The notes beneath the pieces are model-generated. The model had not been told where the DNA came from. It ran no database searches and was given only the letters and a program-made list of their open reading frames with translations. This document shows, in pieces, positions 63,723 through 64,000 of a stretch of 64,000 nucleotides of DNA. Position 1 is the first letter of the stretch, and every line of letters starts with the position of its first letter. The stretch is from Eledone cirrhosa (taxonomy: Eukaryota), in NCBI GenBank assembly GCA_964016885.1, contig OZ024741.1:151094001-151158000 (forward strand). Reading direction: 5' to 3'. The position numbers were made by a program, and so were the translations under genes.

Positions 63723-64000
63723 ACTACACGTATTAGATAGAGAGAGAGAGAGAGTGAGGGGGGATGAGGGAGCGACAGAGAGATAGAGAAAGTGAGGGAG
63801 AGAGAAGAAATATTGAGATGCATATATTTTAGAGAACAACCCGCAACACTTTTCCCTATTGTGGATGTCATCTACCATCACGTATCTTTCATCGATTGGA
63901 CGTAAAGCTTCTTTGTCAGTCTGCCCCATCGTAGTATGTTTCGATAAGGAATCTGCTATCGACATTTCAGTAAATCCACTGTAGCACAGACAGTCTTGGT

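Overview
AT-rich, microsatellite-saturated animal genomic DNA with no intact host gene. The tRNA-derived SINE families and the (TA)n/(CA)n/(GA)n load suggest a cephalopod (octopus-like) genome; this is an inference. Almost every non-microsatellite island is a mobile element. These include several decayed Penelope-like retroelements (RT and GIY-YIG fragments), many short Penelope 3' stubs in (TA)n tracts that carry minimal type-I hammerhead ribozymes and 5' fold-back inversions, a deleted Helitron, a deleted Tx1/L1 LINE, RTE fragments and SINEs. About 5.5 kb is duplicated across a 200-N gap, probably an assembly artefact. The most striking signal is a family of ~530-545 nt non-coding, direct-repeat-bounded elements (14864-15553, 58199-58811, plus partial copies). 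Their repeats hold all hammerhead core motifs with covarying stems, but in a non-circularly permuted (pseudoknotted) strand order. A second candidate is a 37-nt intron-like sequence that would fuse LINE ORF1 and ORF2 in frame. All structures were read by eye and none were computed.
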